A program made the translations under genes and the position numbers. The notes under the pieces were generated by a model. It saw only the letters and a program-made list of their open reading frames with translations. It had not been told where the DNA came from and did no database searches. Below, in pieces: positions 1 through 10,777 of a stretch of 64,000 nt of DNA (position 1 is the stretch's first letter; every line of letters starts with the position of its first letter). The stretch comes from Tubulanus polymorphus (Eukaryota; Animalia; Nemertea). The stretch is from contig NC_134034.1 in assembly GCF_964204645.1 (NCBI RefSeq), positions 10,924,962 through 10,988,961 on the forward strand, written 5' to 3'.

Positions 1-323
1 CAAAGCCTAAGGAGACAGATGGGGTGAAGATGGATTCTGAAACCGAGGAGGAGGCAAAGGAGGTGATGACAGATTCTGAGACTGAGGAAGAGACGAAGGA
101 AGGGATGACGGATTCAGAGACTGATGAGGAAACAGAGGAGGTGATGAGTGACTCAAATTGGGAGTTTGAATCAGATTCTGATACCGGGGAGGGCTTAGAA
201 TTAGAAGTTGAATTTGAGGACGAGGAAAATGTGGATCCGACAAAAATGACATTTGACGAATTGCACCCTTGGCAGCAGTATACTGAATTTTCTAATAAAA
301 TATGGATTTTTACAAACCGTTAA
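1..323 (+). CDS. 3' end of a zinc-finger-cluster paralog (acidic tail and conserved C-terminal motif); 5' part lies outside the window
   Basis: 13-aa acidic repeats (EVMTDSETEEETK) followed by ENVDPTKMTFDELHPWQQYTEFSNKIWIF, homologous to the C-termini of the ORFs at 6117 and 9016. Confidence 0.75.
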   Translation, partial: KPKETDGVKMDSETEEEAKEVMTDSETEEETKEGMTDSETDEETEEVMSDSNWEFESDSDTGEGLELEVEFEDEENVDPTKMTFDELHPWQQYTEFSNKIWIFTNR

Positions 324-1016
324 TTGTAGATTGATTAAAAGGTTTTAACCAGGCAGAACACATTATACAATGTAGATTTGATTTTACTGAAATTGTTGTA
401 CTAAAAACTTTGTGGTCATGAAATTTGTTTGTACAATGGAATTATAATAAAAAGAAATAATTTGCTTTGACATAAATAGTTAGCTCTTAAAATATTGTGA
501 TCGCTGGATTTGATCGTGGGGACGATTCGCGATGGGTCAAATTTTCTGACGTTGGACAGTTGCACACGCACAGCGGCCATATAAAATCGCAATAAATCGG
601 GATTCGAACCCATGTTGATTGACCAGAGAGGGCGCTTTAATCGAAAATCCTCCTTCAAAACAAAATACACTTTAAATCATATGAGTTAAACTGCAGCGTC
701 CCGTGAGAGGACCCGGGCCTGTGACGGGACATGGGTCCTCTCACGGGACAAATGTAGAATTCTTACATGAAACGTCGATTCCAATGCTAGCGGTTTCGAG
801 TCTCAATATTCTTATGTATTCTGTCTATAACGGTTATGAATAAATAAATTCAACTATCGATTGTAATTATTACATTTTCCATTTTGATTTCATTTATAAA
901 TACATAAAGGCCTACCGAAAAATTCTAATTTACTGCAGGGCCAGGGGGACAATATGGGGATATGAATGCACGTTTTTCACGCAGGATTTTACAACGGAAC
1001 CCGCGATTCAAGTTAC

Positions 1017-2982
1017 CGTCCCGTGAGAGGACCCGAATCAACACACTGTCCCGTGAGAGGACCCGATTTTAAATGCTGTCCCGTGAGAGGACCCGGTTCA
1101 ACACACTGTCCCGTGAGAGGACCCGATTTTAAATAATGTCCCGTGAGAGGAGCCACTTTTAAATGCTGTCCCGTGAGAGAACCCGATTCAACACACTGTC
1201 CCGTGAGAGGACCCGATTTTAAATAATGTCCCGTGAGAGGACCCTATTTTAAATACTGTCCCGTGAGAGGACCTGGTTCAACATTCTCTCCCGTGAGAGG
1301 ACCCTATTTTAAATACTGTCCCATGAGAGGACCCGATTCAACACACTGTCCCGTGAGAGGGCCCGATTCAACACACTGTCCCGTGAGAGGGCCCGATTCA
1401 ACACACTGTCCCGTGAGAGGACCCTATTTTAAATACTGTCCCGTGAGAGGACCCGATTTTAAATGCTGTCCCGTGAGAGGACCCGGTTCAACAAACTGTC
1501 CCGTGAGAGGACCCAATTTTAAAAACTGTCCTGCGAGAGGACCCGATTTTGAATACTGTCCCGTGAGAGGACCCGAATCAACTTACTGTCCCGTGAGAGG
1601 ACCCGGTTCAACACACTGTCCCGTGAGAGGAACCGATTTTAAATAATGTCCCGTGAGAGGACCCGAATCAACTTACTGTCCCGTGAGAGGACCCGGTTCA
1701 ACACACTGTCCCGTGAGAGGACCCACTTTTAAATACTGTCCCGTGAGAGGACCCGAATCAACTTACTGTCCCGTGAGAGGACCCGGTTCAACACACTGTC
1801 CCGTGAGAGGAACCGATTTTAAATAATGTCCCGTGAGAGGACCCGAATCAACTTACTGTCCCGTGAGAGGACCCGGTTCAACACACTGTCCCCTGAGAGG
1901 ACCCGATTTTAAATACTGTCCCGTGAGAGGACCCGAATCAACTTGCTGTCCCGTGAGAGGGCCCGGTTTCAAATAATGTCCCGTGAGAGGACCCGATTTT
2001 AAATACTGTCCCGTGAGAGGACCCGATTCAACACACTGTCCCGTGAGAGGACCCGGTTCAACACACTGTCCCGTGAGAGGAACCGATTTTAAATAATGTC
2101 CCGTGAGAGGACCCGAATCAACTTACTGCCCCGTGAGAGGACCCGGTTCAACACACTGTCCCGTGAGAGGACCCGATTTTAAATACTGTCCCGTGAGAGG
2201 ACCCGATTTTGAATACTGTCCCGTGAGAGGACCCGAATCAACTTACTGTCCCGTGAGAGGACCCGGTTCAACACACTGTCCCGTGAGAGGAACCGATTTT
2301 AAATAATGTCCCGCGAGAGGACCCGAATCAACTTACTGTCCCGTGAGAGGACCCGGTTCAACACACTGTCCCGTGAGAGGACCCACTTTTAAATACTGTC
2401 CCGTGAGAGGACCCGAATCAACTTACTGTCCCGTGAGAGGACCCGGTTCAACACACTGTCCCGTGAGAGGAACCGATTTTAAATAATGTCCCGTGAGAGG
2501 ACCCGAATCAACTTACTGTCCCGTGAGAGGACCCGGTTCAACACACTGTCCCCTGAGAGGACCCGATTTTAAATACTGTCCCGTGAGAGGACCCGAATCA
2601 ACTTGCTGTCCCGTGAGAGGGCCCGGTTTCAAATAATGTCCCGTGAGAGGACCCGATTTTAAATACTGTCCCGTGAGAGGACCCGATTCAACACACTGTC
2701 CCGTGAGAGGATCCGATTTTAAATACTGTCCCGTGAGAGGACCCGATTCAACACACTGTCCCGTGAGAGGATCCGATTTTAAATACTGTCCCGTGAGAGG
2801 ACCCGATTCAACACACTGTCCCGTGAGAGGACCCGATTCAACACACTGTCCCGTTAGAGGACCCGATTTTAAATACTGTCCCGTGAGAGGACCCGATTCA
2901 ACACACTGTCCCGTGAGAGGACCCGATTCAACACACTGTCCCGTTAGAGGACCCGATTTTAAATACTGTCCCGTGAGAGGAC
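1017..2982 (+). repeat. 30-bp tandem array, ~65 units (left arm)
   Basis: Constant CTGTCCCGTGAGAGGACCCG plus a 10-bp variable part from a few variants; 660-bp higher-order duplication. Confidence 0.97.
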
Positions 2983-3857
2983 AGGTTTCTACCCGGCCCC
3001 GATTTAGTTACTTGAGTCCTTCGCCGTTAGTTGGCTGGATCCACTGTTCTAGGATTGGTAGACCTAATGAAATTGTCCACTTTGTCAATGTTGAGTCCCA
3101 TGTTCATAATGATAATGTATTTTTGCCGTATATAAAAATTACAAGAAATTATTATTTCAACAAAATGCGTACAATGATGACTGGATGTAAGAAACTGATT
3201 TTCCTATTCGAACATTTTGAAGAGGTCTTCGGCATCGATTTAATGGCAGCAACCAGGAATCATTGATCATAAGGCGTCTCAAAAGAAACTGATTTCCAAT
3301 TTTTAGAATGGGTTTATATACAAAGTTTCAGGTCGTTTTTAGTTATGGTCGATTAATAAATAGTGATGCATGAATGGAAAAATGAGTGTTGAACTAGTAC
3401 ACATGTAAACATACTCATGAAAGTAACCGCGTAAAATCCCGTCTCCGAGCACAAGTTACAGCTCATTAACAATGGCATATCTATACAATGGCATTTAACA
3501 ACGGCATATCTATCTAATAGGCATTTATCGGGCTTCTCTTTCGGCGTAACTTTGTAAACAGTACCATTCACAAATCCATCAACGGTGAAATATGTATCTT
3601 AATAACCCAGCAACGTCAGTGGGTGAAAACTGTTCAATTCAAAACACATTTATCTAGTCACATAAACTAAACAAGTCGATGAAAGGTAGAAGCACAATCC
3701 CGAGTAGTTAAAAACGTTCGAAGTTAATTTCCCGCGATTATGTAATTTAACTCAAGCTTAATGTCAAACTTAACCAAGAACTAGTTTTTGTAGAAATCGT
3801 GTTGAAATCGAATCGGGTCCACTCACCAACTTGAATTGGGTCGGTGAATAACCGGGT

Positions 3858-5323
3858 CCCCTCACGGGACAGAATTTAAAATCGGGTCCTCACGAGACAG
3901 TGTGTTGAATCGGGTCCTCTCACGGGACAGTAAGTTGATTCGGGTCCACTCACGGGACAGTATTTAAAAGTGGGTCCTCTCACGGGACAGTATTCAAAAT
4001 CGGGTCCTCTCACGGGACAGTATTTAAAATCGGGTCCTCTCACGGGACAGTGTGTTGAATCGGGTCCTCTCACGGGACAGTATCTAAAATCGGGTCCTCT
4101 CACGGGACATTATTTGAAACCAGGCCCTCTCACGGGACAGTATTCAAAATCGGTCCCTCTCACGGGACAGCAAGTTGATTCGGGTCCTCTCACGGGACAG
4201 TATTTAAAATCGGGTCCTCTCACGGGACAGTGTGTTGAATCGAGTCCTCTCACGGGACAGTTATTAACTCTCACGGGACAGTTATTAAAATCGGGTCCTC
4301 TCACGGGACAGTGTGTTGAATCGAGTCTCTCACGGGACAGTATTTAAAATCGGGTCCTCTCACGGGACAGTGTGTTGAATCGGGTCCTCTCACGGGACAG
4401 TGTGTTGAACCGGGTCCTCTCACGGGACAGTGTGTTGAACCGGGTCCTCTCACGGGACAGTAAGTTGATTCGGGTCCTCTCACGGGACAGTGTGTTGAAT
4501 CGGGTCCTCTCACGAGACGGTATTTAAAATCAGGTCATCTCACGGTACAGTATGTTGAACCGGGTCCTCTCACGGGACAGTATCTAAAATCGGGTCTTCT
4601 CACGGGATAGTATTTAAAATCGGGTCCTCTCACGGGACAGTGTGTTGAACCGGGTCCTCTCACGGGACAGTATCTAAAATCGGGTCTTCTCACGGGATAG
4701 TATTAAAAATCGGGTCCTCTCACGGGACAGTGTGTTGATTCGGGTCCTCTCACGGGACAGTGTGTTGAACCGGGTCCTTTAACGGGACAGTATCTAAAAT
4801 CGGGTCTTCTCACGGGATAGTATTAAAAATCGGGTCCTCTCACGGGACAGTGTGTTGATTCGGGTCCTCTCACGGGACAGTGTGTTGAATAGGGCCCTCT
4901 CACGGGACAGCAAGTTGAATCGGGTCCTCTCACGGGACAGTGTGTTGAATCGGGCCCTCTCACGGGACATCATTTGAAACCGGGCCCTCTCACTGGACAG
5001 TATTCAAAATCGGGTCCTCTCACGGGACAGTATTTAAAATTGGGTCCTCTCACGGGACAGTGTGTTGAATCGGGTCCTCTCATGGTACAGTATTTAAAAT
5101 CGGGTCCTCTCACGGGACAGTGTGTTGAACCGGGTCCTTTCACGGGACAGTATCTAAAATCGGGTCTTCTCACGGGATAGTATTAAAAATCGGGTCCTCT
5201 CACGGGACAGTGTGTTGATTCGGGTCCTCTCACGGGATAGTGTATTGAATCGAGTCCTCTCACGGGACAGTATTTAAAATCGGGTCCTCTCACGGGACAG
5301 TGCGTTGAATCGGGTCCTCTCAC
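3858..5323 (-). repeat. 30-bp tandem array, ~49 units, inverted relative to the left arm
   Basis: CGGGTCCTCTCACGGGACAG units with the same variable 10-mers in reverse complement. Confidence 0.97.
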
Positions 5324-5962
5324 TTTGAATTCTCTCTCGAGAGAGTGATCTAGGGCCATTAAGTTGCCCCCTCCACTTTTACTTTTGTTTGCAGTGTAAC
5401 GCTTAACAAACGGTTACTAACACCATTGGCACCAAAATTGTCAAGATACATTCACTTTATTTTCGATAGTATGAGTCAGTCTATACACTAAAAATTTAAA
5501 TTTCGATAGCTGTGGTTCTGTCTTCTCTTGATCCGATCTTCATTATTTCATTTAATGTTTCGATTTGATGATATCATTGATCTGAAATAATAAAATTACG
5601 AACAAATTTCGATTATTAACATGTTCTTAACATTATTTTGAGTGTATATAGTAACCGATCGAGTGCAGTTTCTTTCGACATTTCGTCTATGAAATGCAAA
5701 GTTTTCATTTTCCATCGGGACCTGTGACGGGACAAGGATGTCCCGTCACAGGCCCCAGGTCCTCTCACGGGACATGCTGCATAGCTGCAGTTTAACCTGT
5801 TTCCTTTAAATGCTCAAAACATAAGGTAAACGCCTGGCTAATGGTAGACCTCCCGGCCTCGGCTACCACACCCTTCTTCCATTTCCAATTTCTTAAATAA
5901 TCCTTTTTGAAGTTACCCCTACTAACAATTAATCATTGTTTGTGGTGATTCTGTTAATTTCA

Positions 5963-6330
5963 GGTCTTAGAGGAGATAAATCTGTCTTCACCTCCTTTTT
6001 GAAGAGAAAAATCTGTGCCACCAATATCGACGGCACCACCAGGGGGCGAACATGTCCAACCAGAGGAGGATGCAAGCAGTCTGTGAAAAGAGTTTCGATA
6101 TCGTGTATGACCACATATGTACGGCAGCACAAGCCGGTTGCACACTCCGGTTTGTTTAAATGTGATCACTGCGATTAATCATTCTCGAGGATCGGATTGT
6201 TTAAGAAACACGTCCGGCTTACATTTGAAATTAAAATTGCACCAGCGCGCCATCTGTCGGAAATATTTTTCAATTAAAATGGTATTGAGAAAATACGCGG
6301 AGATCGTGTACGAAGGCACCCGATTGCATA
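5963..6330 (+). pseudogene. Decayed N-terminal zinc fingers upstream of and overlapping the 6117 ORF
   Basis: FKCDHCD*SFSR (stop), a frameshift, and a finger lacking ligands (HQRAICRKYF...YAEIVY). Confidence 0.6.
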
Positions 6331-7535
6331 AATGTAAAATCTGTCCGGAGACGTTCGCAGAAAAGTGTGATTTAAATACGCACATATTAAAGATCCACCA
6401 GGGGGCGAAGCCATACCAGTGTAAGATTTGTAAAGTGTATTTCACTCAAAAAGCAGCAATGAAGGTCCACATAATGACCGTACACGACGGTGTTCGTCCG
6501 TTAAAATGTGATCACTGCGATCTAATATGCAGTACGAAAGCGCAGTTAAAACAACACACGTCTGCTGTACATTTGAAATTGAAGCCGTACCAGTGCGCCA
6601 TCTGTCAGAAACAATTCACGCTTAAATATCATTTGAAAAGACATGTCGAGCTCGTTCACGATGGAGTCCGGCCGTATAAATGTGAAATCTGTCAGCGTAC
6701 GTTTGGAGAGATGAGTAATTTAACTCGGCACATCGTTTCAATTCATACCAACGGTGGCGCTAGTCGTTCTAGTCCGTCGTCGTCGTTGTCGGCGCTGTTT
6801 AGCTGCAAAATATGCGAGAAATCGTACACGACAAAAAACAATCTGACCAAGCATAAATTTTTCAAGCATCCTAAAGAGGGCGCTGCTCAGAGATTTCGGT
6901 GCAAATTCTGTTTGAAAAATTTCTCGCATCCAAGTTCACTGAGACGCCATCTGAAAAGCATACATCAGTTTGAATCAGAGGAGGAAGTGAGGAGAGTTTG
7001 TGAAGAGGCTAAGGAGGCGAAGACAGATTCTGATACTGAGGAGGTAACAAAGGATATGAAGACCAACTCTGATGTTGAGGAGGAAACAAATGAGGTGATA
7101 ACAAACTGGGAGATTGAGGAGGAGGAAACAGAGGAGGCGGAGACCGACTGTGAGAAGGTTGACACAGATTCTAAGATAGAGGAGAGAAAGGAGGTGAAGA
7201 TAGATTCTGAGACACTGGAGGTAGAGACAGAGGAGAACACAGAGGAGGTGATGACTGATTCACTGTTTGAAGGGGTGACAAAGGTGGTCGATTCTGAGAC
7301 TGAAAAGGAGGTGAAGACAATTTCTAAGATTGAGGATGAGGAGGCAGAGGAGGCGCAAATTACCTGTGAGCAGGTCAACGCTGTTTCGGAGATTGAGGAG
7401 GTCCCAGAATCTGAGCGAGACTTCGAAGAGGAAAATGTGAATCCAATAAAAAAGATGAGATATGACAAATCTTTACAGTGGCAACACTATGCAGTGTGTT
7501 CAGGGAAAATATGGCTTTTTATAGAACAGGAATGA
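6117..7535 (+). CDS. C2H2 zinc-finger protein: 7 intact HX4H fingers and an acidic tail (start codon uncertain)
   Basis: CxxC-x12-HxxxxH repeats with KPY/RPY linkers; E/D/T-rich tail; ends WQHYAVCSGKIWLFIEQE. Confidence 0.88.
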   Translation: MYGSTSRLHTPVCLNVITAINHSRGSDCLRNTSGLHLKLKLHQRAICRKYFSIKMVLRKYAEIVYEGTRLHKCKICPETFAEKCDLNTHILKIHQGAKPYQCKICKVYFTQKAAMKVHIMTVHDGVRPLKCDHCDLICSTKAQLKQHTSAVHLKLKPYQCAICQKQFTLKYHLKRHVELVHDGVRPYKCEICQRTFGEMSNLTRHIVSIHTNGGASRSSPSSSLSALFSCKICEKSYTTKNNLTKHKFFKHPKEGAAQRFRCKFCLKNFSHPSSLRRHLKSIHQFESEEEVRRVCEEAKEAKTDSDTEEVTKDMKTNSDVEEETNEVITNWEIEEEETEEAETDCEKVDTDSKIEERKEVKIDSETLEVETEENTEEVMTDSLFEGVTKVVDSETEKEVKTISKIEDEEAEEAQITCEQVNAVSEIEEVPESERDFEEENVNPIKKMRYDKSLQWQHYAVCSGKIWLFIEQE

Positions 7536-7749
7536 TTATTAACTTATTAAATATTGACACCAGGCAGCTTTTTTATTCCAGATCATTATGTTAAGAATTT
7601 TAAACAATTTCTATGTTATGTAGCTGTATACAATAATTTATTTGCAATTGAATGCATGCATGTGTTTTATGTGATTAAATCAATTTATAAAGTATTTAGC
7701 GATGTTTCGTGTTACACTTGATGCGGGAAATCTGTAGCATTTTCAGGCA

Positions 7750-7921
7750 GGGTCCAGTTTCACAAAAAGGTTTAATTAACTCTTTAAATCGATTGATGCG
7801 TTTAACTAAAAAGTTTAACCCAAAATCTTTGGCGTAATCGCTATTGGTTACTTCAAAGTTTTCAACGAGGGCACTATCGAAACTCGAAACGTTTTAGGCT
7901 TAAGTCGTGAAACTGGGCCCT
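7750..7921. mobile_element. MITE with GGxCCAGTTTCAC...GTGAAACTGGGCCC ends (related copies ~43128-43220, ~57281-57391)
   Basis: Short terminal inverted repeats; dispersed similar copies in the window. Confidence 0.6.
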
Positions 7922-8467
7922 GAACTGGATTGTTTGAATTGGTTTTGGTCATAGGCAGGGATGGCTTTTGATGGAAAGTCTCCTTTTTCAATATATGTAG
8001 ATAAGAATGTACAAATACGCCTACAACTAAAGTATTTTAATTCCGATTTGCAAAGAGGCCCGATAAAAAGTGCGCGTTAATCAGGACTCGAAACCATCGT
8101 GATAGAGAAATAATGTTCGATGAAGGGTGGCTCCGACGATATCCATACCCTTATCCGCAGGCTCAAACCGCACTAGAGTAGAGTAAGTCAGTTTCTGGCC
8201 AATTTCAATCATCAACCTGTCGTTTTTGGGGTAGATTTCATCTATTTTCGATTGTTACTACTAATCTTTAGGCTAATGACTTTGTTTAAGTTGATCCCTT
8301 TTGATCAAATCGCGGCTGTTTGTCGTAATTTTTGTTTAAAGTAAAAGTAAACTTGATCATTTGAAGTAACGAAATACACTTTGTCATATGTAAAATTGAT
8401 ATTCCATTCTCTCCTTCTCATTTCGACCTCAGCTTTATCATCGCACACGAATTCTGTTTATTTCTAG

Positions 8468-9015
8468 GTCAATGACAATGTGAAGTCATCTATCAACTAT
8501 CCACCAGGGGGCGAGCTTGTGCGAGGACGAGGTCTGTGATAAGAGTTTCGGTTTGAATTCTAACCAGCAGCAGCGCACACGTCAGTTGAACACAGCAGTC
8601 CGTTTGAATGAATGTCACTGGGCGATAAAACTTTCAGTACATGATGTCTGCCACATAAGTCGAACCAATGCAGCACCTGTAGGAAAGATTTCGTATCGAA
8701 ATCAAATTTGAAACAACGGGCAGAGATTTTACATGAAGGCGCTCAACTTCATGTATGTGAATACTGTTGGCGGACATTTGAAGAAAAGATTAGTTTAGAT
8801 ACGCACTTGTCGAACATGCACCGCGGCCACGGAGAGAAGCCGTTCCCGTGCGAGGTCTGCGGAAAGAAATACAATCTGAATTCTAACCTACAGCGACACA
8901 TGTCACTCGGATATGCAGGTTCATTTAAATGCGGCTGGTAAGACGTTCAGTCTGAAAGGAAATTTAAAACAGCGTTAATCTGTTACAGCAACGCCACCCG
9001 TCAGAAACGCTCAAA
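8468..9015 (+). pseudogene. Decayed/frameshifted zinc fingers upstream of the 9016 ORF
   Basis: HVCEYCWRTF...THLSNMH and GEKPFPCEVCGKKY...QRHM in short stop-bounded frames. Confidence 0.65.
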
Positions 9016-10164
9016 ATGTCATCGAAAGAACATGTTGAAATTGTAGACAAAGGCCAACCGATTAAATGTGATATCTGTCAGCAGACCTTCAAAAAAAAAT
9101 ATAATTTAAACTTGCACATTTCGACCATCCACCAGAAGGCGAAGCTGTACCAGTGCGAGATTTGTGAAATGAGTTTCCGTTACATCGCTTCCGTGCGGCG
9201 TCACATGCGGAGCGTACACGACAAACTGAGACCGTTTAAATGCGACCAGTGCGATAAAACATTCAGTCGTGGCAGGATCTTGCGGCAACACATAATCGCC
9301 CTACACAGCGACTTGCGTCCGTTTCAATGTGAACACTGCGATCAATCTTTCAGTCGGAAAGAAAATTTAACGCATCATCATTCTTGCGTTCATTTGAAGT
9401 TAAAACCGCACAAGTGCGCCATCTGTCAGCGATGTTTCGCGCTAAAATCTGATTTGAAAAGACATGTGGAGACTGTACACGAACGCGCTCGACCGTACGA
9501 ATGCGAAATCTGTCGGCAGACGTTCGGACTAAAGAGCGGTTTAAACGCTCACATTTCAGCCGTCCACCAGGGGGCGAAGCCGTGTCAGTGTAAGTTCTGT
9601 TGGAAAAGTTTCTCACAAATGTCTTCATTATACCGCCATATAAAATACGATCATCGAGTCGAAAACGATTCCGAGACCGAGGAGGAAACTAAGGAGGCGA
9701 TGGCAAATTCTGAGTTTGATACGGAGGCAAAGAAGGTGATGGCAGATTCTGAGTTTGATACGGAGGCAAAGGAGTCGATGGCAGATTCTGTGTTTGATAT
9801 AGAGACAAAGGAGGTGATGGCAGATTCTGTGTTTGATATAGAGACAAAGGAGGTGATGGTAGATTCTGAGTTTAATACGGAGACAAAGGAGGTGATGGCA
9901 GATTCTGAGTTTGATACAGGGTCAAATGAGGTGATGGCAGATTCTGAGTTTGATATGGAGACAAAGGAGGTGATGGTAGATTCTGAGATTGTGGAGGAGA
10001 CTGAGGAGGTAAAGACAGAGAAAATCACAGGAGAAGCCGAGCAAGACTTTGAGGAAGGGGAAAATGAGAATCCGATAAGAAAGATGACACGTGACGAATC
10101 AATCCCCTGGCAGTACTACGCAGTGTGTTCTGGGAAAATATGGCTTTTCCTAGAACAGGAATGA
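9016..10164 (+). CDS. C2H2 zinc-finger protein: 7 fingers and a 13-aa-repeat acidic tail
   Basis: Seven CxxC..HxxxxH units; 39-bp coding minisatellite (EVMADSEFDTETK); ends PWQYYAVCSGKIWLFLEQE. Confidence 0.9.
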   Translation: MSSKEHVEIVDKGQPIKCDICQQTFKKKYNLNLHISTIHQKAKLYQCEICEMSFRYIASVRRHMRSVHDKLRPFKCDQCDKTFSRGRILRQHIIALHSDLRPFQCEHCDQSFSRKENLTHHHSCVHLKLKPHKCAICQRCFALKSDLKRHVETVHERARPYECEICRQTFGLKSGLNAHISAVHQGAKPCQCKFCWKSFSQMSSLYRHIKYDHRVENDSETEEETKEAMANSEFDTEAKKVMADSEFDTEAKESMADSVFDIETKEVMADSVFDIETKEVMVDSEFNTETKEVMADSEFDTGSNEVMADSEFDMETKEVMVDSEIVEETEEVKTEKITGEAEQDFEEGENENPIRKMTRDESIPWQYYAVCSGKIWLFLEQE

Positions 10165-10777
10165 TGATTAACTTATTAAAGATTGCCACCAGGCAGCTGT
10201 TTCATAAGATAAGCATGGATGTTTAGATGATAGTGGTATCATGCGATTATTTCGTGTAGTTGTGAAAGAAACAATGAATTTGATTGGATTGTTATGGCAT
10301 TTTATGAAATAAATTATTATTAACAAAATTATTTCAAAAACTGTGTTTTAATGATTGAAGTAGAGGACAATGGCTGACTGAGGAGGTTGATTGTCAAATT
10401 GGAAAAAAAAAACGACTTGATGTTAATTCCGTTTCACGTTCGTCTATGAATTTGAATCATCTTTGCATTTCATACTCGAAAATATTCAACTAGCTATAAT
10501 AGCAAAAAGGAGATCAATAAAATTAGATTTTGTTCAATAAATTTAATTTAATTAATGCGATAGACGGCGCTGTAGTCGTTAACAATGGCTGCGCCCATGT
10601 AAAACGATTATCGTATCGTATCGTATCGTATCGTTTTCGCAGTCATTGAAGAAGGCCTATTGGCCTATAAATTTGACTGCCTCGGTGTTTCGCTTAAGTT
10701 GCCAGGTATTGCCAGCACTTTGGTAATAGCGGAAAACATAACAACATCCGTGAATTCCGATAACATTCAGGTCCAAG

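Larger units (their letters stand above)
690..5791. mobile_element. Foldback-like non-autonomous DNA element: imperfect terminal inverted repeats, two inverted arrays of a 30-bp unit, ~875-bp central loop
   Basis: Ends ACTGCAGC..GTCCCGTGAGAGGACC and its reverse complement; TTAA on both sides (686-689, 5792-5795); arrays ~1017-2982 (+) and ~3858-5323 (-); no recognisable transposase. Confidence 0.75.

Noticed and set aside
595-645. tRNA from a B-box match (GGTTCGAATCCC on the - strand)
   Set aside because: No convincing A box or acceptor stem
2983-3857. Transposase in the foldback loop
   Set aside because: Only short stop-interrupted frames with no DDE or other recognisable motif
1233-5180. 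Cys-rich CPVRGP-repeat proteins in the ORF track
   Set aside because: By-product of a 30-bp unit; scattered stops, present on both strands, mostly GTG starts
1017-5323. CRISPR array (constant repeat with variable spacers)
   Set aside because: The variable parts are only 10 bp and reused from ~5 types; eukaryotic context; no cas genes
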